A stretch of 13,182 bases of DNA from Sulfurimonadaceae bacterium (GCA_041548245.1 JBFESZ010000057.1:1-13182), one strand, 5' to 3'; shown: positions 1-8,063, counted from the first letter of the stretch. Numbers and translations are program-made. The notes: generated from the sequence alone by a model not told the origin.

Positions 1-1853
1 AAAATCTAAAAGAGCTTGAAAGTGTCGTTATCCGATTCTCAGGAGACTCTGGGGACGGGATGCAAGTGACTGGAGCACAGTTTTCAAACACCTCCGCAAT
101 CATGGGAAATGATATTGCGACTTTCCCTGATTATCCTGCCGAGATCAGAGCACCTCAAGGCACCCTCGCTGGTGTATCCGGTTTTCAGATCCACTTTGGT
201 TCAAAAGAGATCTTCACACCCGGTGATGAAGCCGATATGCTTGTTGCCTTCAACCCTGCCGCACTTAAAGTCAACCTCAAAGACTTGAAAAAAGGGGGAA
301 CGATCCTTCTTAATAGCGATGCATTCAATGAGAAAAAACTTTCAAAAGCTGGTTATGAAGCCAATCCTCTTGAAACTGGAGAACTTGACGGTTACCAGCT
401 TATCAAAGTACCTATTGATTCCCAGACACTTGAAGCATTAAAAGATATCGATCTCGATACGAAAAGTAAAAAACGATGTAAAAACTTCTATGCACTGGGT
501 ATGACCTACTTTTTATATCACAGAGAGATGGATACGACCCTACAGTGGATCAAGTTAAAATTCAGTGACACTCCAGCACTCTTAAAAGCTAATCAAACCG
601 CGATGAAAGCAGGTGCCCACTTCGCAGAGACACTTGAGGCTGTCGTCTCAACTTATAAAGTCTCAAGTGCAAAAATCGAGCCGGGTATTTACAGACAGAT
701 CAATGGAAACACCTCTACAGCATGGGGATTTATCAGGGCTGCCCAGGCCGCTGACCTTCCTCTTTTTCTCGGAAGTTATCCGATTACTCCGGCTTCGGAT
801 ATTTTACATGAACTCTCCAAACACAAGGAGTTTGGTGTCAAGACCTTTCAGGCTGAAGATGAGATCGCCGGGATTTGCACCGCTATCGGTGCAGGCCTGG
901 CCGGTTCTCTGGCCATCACTACCTCTTCCGGGCCCGGGATTGCTCTTAAAAGTGAAGCAATCGGTTTGGCGATCAGTTATGAGATGCCCTTGGTGATCGT
1001 CAATGTCCAGCGAGGAGGACCTTCCACAGGTCTTCCAACTAAAACGGAACAATCAGATCTCTTTCAAGCCTTATACGGAAGAAATGGGGACTCACCTTTA
1101 ATCATAGTCGCTGCTTCAAGGCCAAACGACTGTTTTCATATGGCTTATGAAGCCAGCCGATTGGCACTTGAGCATATGACACCTGTCATCCTTATGAGCG
1201 ATGGCTATATCGCCAACGGAACAGAACCCTGGAAGATCCCAGAGATCAATATCGACTACGCTGTCATAAAGCACAAAATGCTTGATCCTGATAAAGTCGA
1301 CAAAGATCAGTGGAGCTGGATACGAAGAGATCCAAATACCTATGTCAGAGACTGGGCTATTCCTGGGATGAGTGGTCTGGAACATCGAATTGGTGGCCTG
1401 GAGAAGGACTATGAGACGGGTAATGTATCGTATGATCCTTCCAATCACCAAAAAATGTGTAGTGTCAGACAAGAAAAAGTAGACAAAGTCTCTGAAAACA
1501 TACCTTTACAGGAAATCGAAGGTGATGAGAGTGGTGATCTGCTCGTAATATCATGGGGTGGGACATACGGTTCGGTCGAAATGGCTGTACGCGCCCTTCA
1601 AAAAGAAAGTAAAAAAGTCTCTCTCATTCACTTACGATACCTCAATCCTATGCCAAAAAATATAGGCGCTCTTATCAAAAACTTTAAGAAGGTCATCGTT
1701 CCTGAACTCAATATGGGACAAATGGTACATATAATCAATGCAAAATTTGCTTGCAATGCCATCTCCTATCATAAAGTCGAAGGCTTGCCGTTTAAGATAT
1801 CAGAGCTTAAAGAGGCTTTTAGCAATGCGTTAAACGAGGTGGAGAATGATTGA
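1..1853 (+). CDS. korA: 2-oxoacid:ferredoxin (acceptor) oxidoreductase subunit alpha, fused gamma-alpha type; 5' end lies outside the window
   Basis: The frame is open from base 3 (NLKELESVVIRFSGDSGDGMQ..., the typical KorA N-terminal motif), so the ATG at 60 is internal. It contains the YPITP substrate motif, EDEIA, TTSSGPG and VQRGGPSTGLPT. Substrate specificity (2-oxoglutarate or other) is inferred from the family. Confidence 0.93.
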   Translation, partial: NLKELESVVIRFSGDSGDGMQVTGAQFSNTSAIMGNDIATFPDYPAEIRAPQGTLAGVSGFQIHFGSKEIFTPGDEADMLVAFNPAALKVNLKDLKKGGTILLNSDAFNEKKLSKAGYEANPLETGELDGYQLIKVPIDSQTLEALKDIDLDTKSKKRCKNFYALGMTYFLYHREMDTTLQWIKLKFSDTPALLKANQTAMKAGAHFAETLEAVVSTYKVSSAKIEPGIYRQINGNTSTAWGFIRAAQAADLPLFLGSYPITPASDILHELSKHKEFGVKTFQAEDEIAGICTAIGAGLAGSLAITTSSGPGIALKSEAIGLAISYEMPLVIVNVQRGGPSTGLPTKTEQSDLFQALYGRNGDSPLIIVAASRPNDCFHMAYEASRLALEHMTPVILMSDGYIANGTEPWKIPEINIDYAVIKHKMLDPDKVDKDQWSWIRRDPNTYVRDWAIPGMSGLEHRIGGLEKDYETGNVSYDPSNHQKMCSVRQEKVDKVSENIPLQEIEGDESGDLLVISWGGTYGSVEMAVRALQKESKKVSLIHLRYLNPMPKNIGALIKNFKKVIVPELNMGQMVHIINAKFACNAISYHKVEGLPFKISELKEAFSNALNEVEND

Positions 1854-2862
1854 GAACAACCATTTAGAATATGCGAAAAAAGACTTTGCAAGTGATCAGG
1901 AAGTCAAGTGGTGTCCAGGATGCGGTGATTATGCGATTCTATCGGCAATACAAACTGCATTAACCCAAATAGGTAGAAAAAAAGAAGATATTGTTTTTGT
2001 TTCAGGCATTGGCTGTTCTTCAAGATTCCCCTACTATATGAACACCTACGGATACCATACGATTCATGGAAGAGCTCCTGCCGTCGCTTCCGGTATCAAA
2101 ACTGCCAACCCTGATTTAAGCGTATGGGTCATCACTGGTGACGGTGATAGCCTATCCATAGGCGGTAATCATCTTATTCATGCAATTCGAAGAAATATTG
2201 ATATGAACATCATTCTGTTCAACAATGAAATTTATGGTTTGACAAAAGGGCAATATTCTCCAACGACCAAGCAGGGACAAATAACAAAGTCCACTCCATA
2301 CGGTTCTCTGGACAGGCCTTTCAGTCCTGCCAAACTTGCTTTTGGCGCCAGTGCGACCTTTATTGCCAGAACCCTGGACACGGATATAAAGCATATGCAG
2401 GAGATCATGCTTGTGGCAGAAGCACATCGAGGGACGTCTTTTATCGAAGTCTATCAAAACTGCGTGATCTTCAATGATGGATGTCATGCCGACTACACCG
2501 ACAAACAGAGTCGAAACGATCATTCCATTATGCTCGTACATGGCGAGCCCATGGTCTTTGGCAATGAGGTCAAGAAAGGTATTGTACTTGACAACTTGAC
2601 ATTAAAAATCGTCGAGCTAGGTGAGATGTTTAGCGAAGCAGACTGTCTTGTTCATGATAAGGGAAATGAGATGCTTGCTGCTTTACTTGTAGCGATGGAT
2701 GTCGACCCAAAAATGCCTAAACTGTTTGGTCTCCTATTCGAGGTTGAAGACGTTATCTATAATGATCAGGTGACGGCTCAGGTCATGGAGGTCAAAGCAA
2801 AAAAGGGAAATGGAGACTTTAGCAAGCTCCTTCACTCCGGTGACACCTGGGAGATCAGATGA
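1846..2862 (+). CDS. korB: 2-oxoacid:ferredoxin oxidoreductase subunit beta (TPP and [4Fe-4S] binding)
   Basis: WCPGCG, GIGCS, HGRA, the GDGD...NN TPP-binding motif and a third Cys in CVIFN. It overlaps the korA stop by 8 nt, with GAGGTGGAG just upstream. Confidence 0.93.
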   Translation: MIENNHLEYAKKDFASDQEVKWCPGCGDYAILSAIQTALTQIGRKKEDIVFVSGIGCSSRFPYYMNTYGYHTIHGRAPAVASGIKTANPDLSVWVITGDGDSLSIGGNHLIHAIRRNIDMNIILFNNEIYGLTKGQYSPTTKQGQITKSTPYGSLDRPFSPAKLAFGASATFIARTLDTDIKHMQEIMLVAEAHRGTSFIEVYQNCVIFNDGCHADYTDKQSRNDHSIMLVHGEPMVFGNEVKKGIVLDNLTLKIVELGEMFSEADCLVHDKGNEMLAALLVAMDVDPKMPKLFGLLFEVEDVIYNDQVTAQVMEVKAKKGNGDFSKLLHSGDTWEIR

Positions 2863-2876
2863 AATCCGGGTACTTC

Positions 2877-4757
2877 TCATCCAGCTTTCTTGTTTTTTCC
2901 CATCTTGATATATATCTGCAAGATCTCAATAGCAGCCGGAGTGACACCGGATATCTGTGATGCCGCTTGGAGTGTCGGCGGATTGAACTTCTCAAACTTC
3001 TCTATCATCTCATTGCTCAGACCCTTAACTGTTCTAAAGTCAAAGTCTTTAGGGATCTTAACATGTAAAAGCTTTTTCATCTTCTCGATATCTTTTAACT
3101 GCTTCTCGATATAACGTGCATATTTCGCTTCTATCATGATCTGGTTTTGAACATACTCGTCAAACTCGGCGATACGAGGTTCGAGTTTCAAGAGCTTCTC
3201 AAGCGTAAATGACTTTCTTGCCGCAATATTGATAGCACGTGTCTTATCCGTAATCTTATCTTCGCCCATTGCTTCAAGAAAGTCCAAAAACTCCTTATGC
3301 GGTGTACATTCCATTTCATTAAGATACTGAACACCCTGCTCAATCTGCGCTTTTTTAAGATCTACAGCCGCTTTCACCTCATCGCTGAGTAGGCCTAGCT
3401 CATGTCCGTAACCACTTAGACGTAGATCAGCCGACTCCTCTCTTAATAAAAGCCTGTATTCAGCACGGGAGGTAAACATACGGTAAGGCTCTTTTGTACC
3501 CTTCGTGACAAGGTCATCGATCATCACTCCGATATACGCTTCATCTCGACGCAAGATAAATGCTTCTTTGCCCTGATTGGCCAGCGAAGCATTAATACCT
3601 GCCATAAGACCTTGAGCGGCAGCCTCTTCATATCCTGTCGTTCCATTGATCTGACCGGCAAGATAGAGGTTTTTTATCTTTTTTGTCTCAAGTGTATGCT
3701 GCAGATCCGTCGGATTCACATAATCATACTCGATTGCATATCCGTAACGCACAATTCGGGCGTTTTCCATCCCTTTGACGGAATGGATCATCTCCCGCTG
3801 GACATCCGGAGGTAGCGATGTAGACATTCCGTTAACATAAACCTCTGTGTTTTCCCAGGTTTGTGGTTCAATAAAAAGATGATGACGATCCTTGTCTCTG
3901 AAACGATTGATTTTGTCTTCGATACTTGGACAATAACGCGGTCCTACACCCTCAATTTGTCCTGAAAAAAGAGGTGCACGATGAAAGTTCGATTCGATGA
4001 TCTGATGTGTCGTCTCGTTTGTATAGGTTATGTAACATGGAAGCTGTTGCTTCTGCTGCTTAAACGACTCTCTATCTGTTCTAAAGGAAAAAGGGGCTGG
4101 AAGTTCATCCCCCGGTTGCTCTTCCATAACAGAAAAATCTATACTCGAGCTGTCTACACGTGGACAGGTCCCTGTCTTTAAGCGTCCTACATCAAGGCCG
4201 AGTTCACGCAGTTGAAGTCCAAGCTTCTTTGCAGAGAACTCTCCAAAACGACCTGCTTCATGGGTCGTTTCACCGATATGTACAACACCTTGCAGGAATG
4301 TCCCTGTTGTCAGGATGACTTTTGAAGCCATATACTCATTCAAAAACTCTGTCTTGACACCAAGCACACTCTCCCCATCAAGGATAAGACTCTCTACCGT
4401 CTCTTGCAAAAGCTCAAGGTTTGGCGTGTTTAAGATAATATTTCTTGCGATGATACGGTATCTGTCCATGTCAATCTGAGCACGTGTACCCCTTACTGCC
4501 GGTCCTTTGGCTGCATTTAAGATACGAAACTGTATCCCTGCCTCATCTGTGATAAGTCCCATCTCTCCGCCAAGAGCGTCAAGCTCTTTAACCAAGTGGC
4601 CTTTTGCCAGCCCTCCAACAGCAGGATTGCATGAGGTCGCACCGACATTTTCAGCCAGCATTGAGATTAGAAGCGTTTTCTGATTCATCCGTGCAGCTGA
4701 CAGAGCCGCTTCGATACCAGCATGTCCTCCACCAACGACTATTACATCATATTTCAA
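2877..4757 (-). CDS. mnmG: tRNA uridine-5-carboxymethylaminomethyl(34) synthesis enzyme MnmG (GidA)
   Basis: N-terminal FAD-binding [42 protein letters not shown] and [12 protein letters not shown]; 626 aa. TTG start with AAGGA 6 nt upstream. Confidence 0.98.
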   Translation of the reverse strand: MKYDVIVVGGGHAGIEAALSAARMNQKTLLISMLAENVGATSCNPAVGGLAKGHLVKELDALGGEMGLITDEAGIQFRILNAAKGPAVRGTRAQIDMDRYRIIARNIILNTPNLELLQETVESLILDGESVLGVKTEFLNEYMASKVILTTGTFLQGVVHIGETTHEAGRFGEFSAKKLGLQLRELGLDVGRLKTGTCPRVDSSSIDFSVMEEQPGDELPAPFSFRTDRESFKQQKQQLPCYITYTNETTHQIIESNFHRAPLFSGQIEGVGPRYCPSIEDKINRFRDKDRHHLFIEPQTWENTEVYVNGMSTSLPPDVQREMIHSVKGMENARIVRYGYAIEYDYVNPTDLQHTLETKKIKNLYLAGQINGTTGYEEAAAQGLMAGINASLANQGKEAFILRRDEAYIGVMIDDLVTKGTKEPYRMFTSRAEYRLLLREESADLRLSGYGHELGLLSDEVKAAVDLKKAQIEQGVQYLNEMECTPHKEFLDFLEAMGEDKITDKTRAINIAARKSFTLEKLLKLEPRIAEFDEYVQNQIMIEAKYARYIEKQLKDIEKMKKLLHVKIPKDFDFRTVKGLSNEMIEKFEKFNPPTLQAASQISGVTPAAIEILQIYIKMGKNKKAG

Positions 4758-4848
4758 AAGTATTCCTTTCTAAACCTATTTTAAAGGTTGAGAAACTAAA
4801 TTTCAATAGAAACTTCGCCAATGGCAATGTTTCCTTGTTTATAATGAA

Positions 4849-4856
4849 ATTATACC
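4849..4856 (-). promoter_or_regulatory. Putative sigma70 extended -10 (ggTATAAT) for mnmG
   Basis: ATTATA at 4849-4854 reads TATAAT on the minus strand and is preceded by GGG, matching the gnTATAAT pattern. It predicts a transcription start near 4842 and a leader of about 85 nt. Confidence 0.55.
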
Positions 4857-5073
4857 CTTATTCAGTCATTTTATACACAATTCCTTCATTCACTTCATAA
4901 TGTAAAAAAATATTTAATATAAGGTTCTATTTTTATCATACCAAATATGCTTCCAGCAGCTTTTGCACAGACAATACGGCCTGTTCTGTAACATTTGCTC
5001 TGCTCCGAACCTTCTTTCATAAAAAAAACAAACTAATATCGTTTATATTCCATCTATTTTAGATTTAAAGTAA

Positions 5074-5093
5074 TACAATGTATACCTTATAAT
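5074..5093 (+). promoter_or_regulatory. Candidate -10 hexamers for the receiver-kinase gene
   Basis: TACAAT at 5074-5079 and TATAAT at 5088-5093 in AT-rich sequence upstream of the ATG at 5111. I cannot tell which is used. Confidence 0.35.
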
Positions 5094-5110
5094 AAAATGA
5101 TGGTGATACA

Positions 5111-6352
5111 ATGGCTGAGACGATACCTTTTACTTTTGCTTCCGAAAACACTATAAAACCCGATATCAACTCTACCACATGGAAACTCTTTATCGTTGAT
5201 GACGATAAAGATATCCATTCCATCACCAAACTGGCATTGAAAGATTTAAAATTTAAAGATATGGCGATCTCATTTGAATCGGCTTACAGTGCCAAAGAGG
5301 CGATTGATATTCTCAAAGAACGATCGGATTTTGCAATCGTTCTACTTGATATCAGTATGGAGACCCGTGACTCAGGCTTGGATGTCGCCAGATTTATCCG
5401 AAAAAACCTCAACGATGCTATCACGCGCATCATCATCCGTACCGGACAACCCGGAGATGTACCGGAAAAAGAGATCATAGACAATTATGATATCAACGAT
5501 TACAAATCAAAAACGGATTTGACGATTGAAAAACTTTTTATCTCTATTCGTACAGCGATTGCGCAGTATGCCCAGATCAGTGAATTGGCCATCCTCAATG
5601 AAAAGCTTGAAGATCGTGTAGCCCAGGCTATAGCTAAACAGAAAGAGCAGCAAGAAAAACTTTTTATCCAGAACAGGAATATTCAGATGAATGAACTGCT
5701 CAATATTATAGCGCATCAATGGAGACAACCGCTTTCTCGTATTTCAGCGGTAACATCGCAAATGAAGTTCTCCCTGGGCATGGGTGGACATGACAATGAT
5801 AACTTGGAAGAACAGATTCATAATATAGAAAAGTACACCCGTGAACTCTCTGCGACTATCGATGAGTTTAGAAAGATGTATGAACCTTCACAACGAACCT
5901 GTTCCATAACTTTACGGGACCTTCTGGAAAGATCAGCCTCTATCATCTCAACTTCCTTCCAGGAACAAAACATTTTGATCTCCGTTCAAGGGAGGCAAGA
6001 ACTGCTTCAGATGATGGTGACCGGTGAACTCTACCAAGTCATCCTGAACATCCTCAAAAACTCGCAAGAGGCATTTTTAGAACATAAACCATCATCCGCA
6101 AAGATCGACATTGATATTCTTGAAGTCGATGGGAAGGTTCATATCAAGATTAAGGACAATGCAGGAGGCATTGACGCAGATGACCTTAGCCACATATTTG
6201 ACCCTTATTTCTCTACAAAGCAAGGTAAAAATGGTCATGGACTTGGCCTTTATATGAGCAAAAGTATCATCGAACAGCAATATCACGGCAAGCTGCTTGT
6301 TGAGAACAGTGACAATGGCGTCTGTTCCACCATTATCATTCCAAAGGGTTAA
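5111..6352 (+). CDS. Cytoplasmic hybrid response regulator receiver / sensor histidine kinase (REC-HisKA-HATPase_c)
   Basis: Receiver motifs: IVDDD, LLDISME (phospho-Asp), IIRTGQPG, YKSK. A coiled-coil linker follows. Kinase motifs: H-box IAHQWRQPL, N-box NILKNS, G1 DNAGGI, F-box FDPYFSTK, G2 GHGLGLY. No hydrophobic transmembrane segment. Confidence 0.92.
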   Translation: MAETIPFTFASENTIKPDINSTTWKLFIVDDDKDIHSITKLALKDLKFKDMAISFESAYSAKEAIDILKERSDFAIVLLDISMETRDSGLDVARFIRKNLNDAITRIIIRTGQPGDVPEKEIIDNYDINDYKSKTDLTIEKLFISIRTAIAQYAQISELAILNEKLEDRVAQAIAKQKEQQEKLFIQNRNIQMNELLNIIAHQWRQPLSRISAVTSQMKFSLGMGGHDNDNLEEQIHNIEKYTRELSATIDEFRKMYEPSQRTCSITLRDLLERSASIISTSFQEQNILISVQGRQELLQMMVTGELYQVILNILKNSQEAFLEHKPSSAKIDIDILEVDGKVHIKIKDNAGGIDADDLSHIFDPYFSTKQGKNGHGLGLYMSKSIIEQQYHGKLLVENSDNGVCSTIIIPKG

Positions 6353-6385
6353 TATAATGATTAAATCATTCTATAACCTTCTGTC

Positions 6386-6393
6386 GCTATAAT
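6386..6393 (+). promoter_or_regulatory. Putative extended -10 (gcTATAAT) for the Sel1 / YbiB-like / ribE / FlhB-CC operon
   Basis: gnTATAAT about 50 nt upstream of the Sel1 gene. The 11-mer TCGCTATAATT (6384-6394) is also found on the minus strand at 12471-12481. Confidence 0.55.
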
Positions 6394-6444
6394 TTTAAAA
6401 ACGATAGAATTTTTCCATTCAAAAAAAAATTTTTAAGAAAAAGA

Positions 6445-7140
6445 GTGCACTATATTATGATTAAACAAGCTCACGATGCCTATAACAATGCTGATTTTGA
6501 AACCGCTTTTAAACTCTACAACGACCTTGCTCAAGCCGGTGATGCAACCGCGCAGGCGAGCCTTGGCTATATGTATCAAAATGGACAGGGCACCACTCAA
6601 GATATCTCTCAAGCTGTCTTTTGGTATGAAAAAGCAGCCGAACAGAAACACCCTTTGGCCATGTACAATATCGCGGTTTTATTGATTCATGGTGAAGGGG
6701 TTGAGTATGATATGTTCAAAGCGCATGAATATTTCCTAGAAGCGGCCATCAAAGAAGTTCCCCAGGCACAATATGAAGTCGCCATGATGTTAGAGAAAGG
6801 CCTGGGATGTATCCAGAACTTTTCTGAAGCTGCCTTTTGGTATGAGGAAGCAGCAAAACGCGGCAATATGGAAGCCTACAACAATCTTGGTGTCCTCTAC
6901 AAAGAAGGCCATGGCGTGAATATGGACTATATTAAAGCCTTCTATCTTTTCAAAAAAGCTGCCGAAGCAAACGTTCCGACAGCTCAATACAACCTTGGCC
7001 AGATGTATGATCAGGGACATGGCTGTGAAGCCGATCAGGACAGAGCCCTTGAATGGTGCCGTAAGGCAGCTTATTCTGGACATGAAAAAGCCAAAAATAT
7101 TATTGCACAACTTCAGAGTGATGGAAAGATCGTCTTCTAA
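6445..7140 (+). CDS. Sel1-like (TPR-family) repeat protein
   Basis: Five complete ~36-aa Sel1 repeats (e.g. AQYNLGQMYDQGHGCEADQDRALEWCRKAAYSG) and no signal peptide. The start could be GTG 6445 or ATG 6457. Confidence 0.9.
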   Translation: MHYIMIKQAHDAYNNADFETAFKLYNDLAQAGDATAQASLGYMYQNGQGTTQDISQAVFWYEKAAEQKHPLAMYNIAVLLIHGEGVEYDMFKAHEYFLEAAIKEVPQAQYEVAMMLEKGLGCIQNFSEAAFWYEEAAKRGNMEAYNNLGVLYKEGHGVNMDYIKAFYLFKKAAEANVPTAQYNLGQMYDQGHGCEADQDRALEWCRKAAYSGHEKAKNIIAQLQSDGKIVF

Positions 7141-8063
7141 TGCGCTTTCATAGTTTTTTAAAAGCTGTCGGAACTGGACCTAAAGGCAACCGCCACCTTT
7201 CGCGTGAAGAGATGCACGAAGCAATGGGTATGATGCTTGACGGTACTGCCCTTCCTGAACAGACCTCCGCCTTTTTGTTAGGATGGCGCGTACAGGGAGA
7301 GGACAAAGATGAACTTTTGGGCGCGATCGATGCCATGAAAGAGCGTATCCAACAGACACCGATTAAAAAAAGTCTTGAGATCGGTTATCCTCTAGATGGC
7401 AAGGTCAAATCTCCTCCTGTGATGCTGCTTGCAGCACAACTTGTACCTCATATCCCTGTTGTCGTACATGGCGACAGGGCACAACCAAGCAAACTGGGAT
7501 TCAATCCAAAAGATTTCTATGAGAATACAAAATTCAGCTCAAATGTCCATTATTTTGATAGAGCAAATTTTTTCCCAAAACTCTCAAAGCTGACAGACCT
7601 TCGACGTGCCTTGGGATTGCGCAGTGCCTTTAATACGATTGAAAAACTTCATAATGTGGCAGACAGTGATTTTGCTCTTATCGGTATGCACCATCTTCCC
7701 TATTTCGATCTTTATAAGGACCTTTATGGCCCACAGTACAAACGCCTGATCATTGTGCGTGGAAGTGAAGGAACCCCTGAAGTCCTTAAAAAGACAAAGA
7801 TCCTTGTCGTCGAAGGTGGGCATTCCTACTCTTTGCCAATCGATCCAGCCGAATATGGATTAAAGAGTTATGAGGCGAATAAAGAGCTAACACTCAACGA
7901 GATGATCCAGCAGCTTAAGAATCCAAGTGAAGAACTTCTGGGATATGCCCGGCTTAATGCGGCACTGATGATGTATGCGAGTAATAATGCGGCAAGTATT
8001 GAAGACGCTTTTGCCACATTGCAAAGCAGTTATGATAAACTTGTCAAAAAGCACCTAGGATAA
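7140..8063 (+). CDS. Glycosyl transferase family 3 / anthranilate phosphoribosyltransferase-like protein (YbiB/TrpD2-like)
   Basis: N-terminal helical bundle (KAVGTGPKGNRHLSREE...SAFLLGWRVQGE), LRRALGLRSAFNTIEKL and RGSEGTPE. It lacks the canonical TrpD GTGGD PRPP loop. Its start overlaps the upstream stop (TAATG). Confidence 0.8.
   Translation: MRFHSFLKAVGTGPKGNRHLSREEMHEAMGMMLDGTALPEQTSAFLLGWRVQGEDKDELLGAIDAMKERIQQTPIKKSLEIGYPLDGKVKSPPVMLLAAQLVPHIPVVVHGDRAQPSKLGFNPKDFYENTKFSSNVHYFDRANFFPKLSKLTDLRRALGLRSAFNTIEKLHNVADSDFALIGMHHLPYFDLYKDLYGPQYKRLIIVRGSEGTPEVLKKTKILVVEGGHSYSLPIDPAEYGLKSYEANKELTLNEMIQQLKNPSEELLGYARLNAALMMYASNNAASIEDAFATLQSSYDKLVKKHLG

Noticed and set aside
60..62. ATG 60 as the korA start
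   Set aside because: The conserved IRFSGDSGDG motif lies upstream in the same open frame, so the true start is outside the window.
613..4900. Short alternative-frame and antisense ORFs over korA, korB and mnmG (613-996, 804-1052, 1116-1472, 2152-2541, 2890-3114, 3612-3815, 3981-4181, 4604-4900)
   Set aside because: They are shadows of well-supported genes and have no recognisable motifs.
4895..5020. 41-codon minus-strand ORF MKEGSEQSKCYRTG...
   Set aside because: No SD (preceded by a T tract), no recognisable motif, and a length expected by chance.
4758..5110. oriC next to gidA
   Set aside because: No dnaA or dnaN nearby, few boxes, and no DnaA-trio run seen. Kept only as a possible DnaA-binding site.
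6421..6429. A9 tract (also A8 at 5021-5028) as a phase-variation site
   Set aside because: Short A runs in AT-rich intergenic DNA, outside coding sequence and not clearly in a promoter spacer.
7140..8063. Calling this gene trpD
   Set aside because: It lacks the GTGGD and KHGN catalytic motifs and has no trp gene context.
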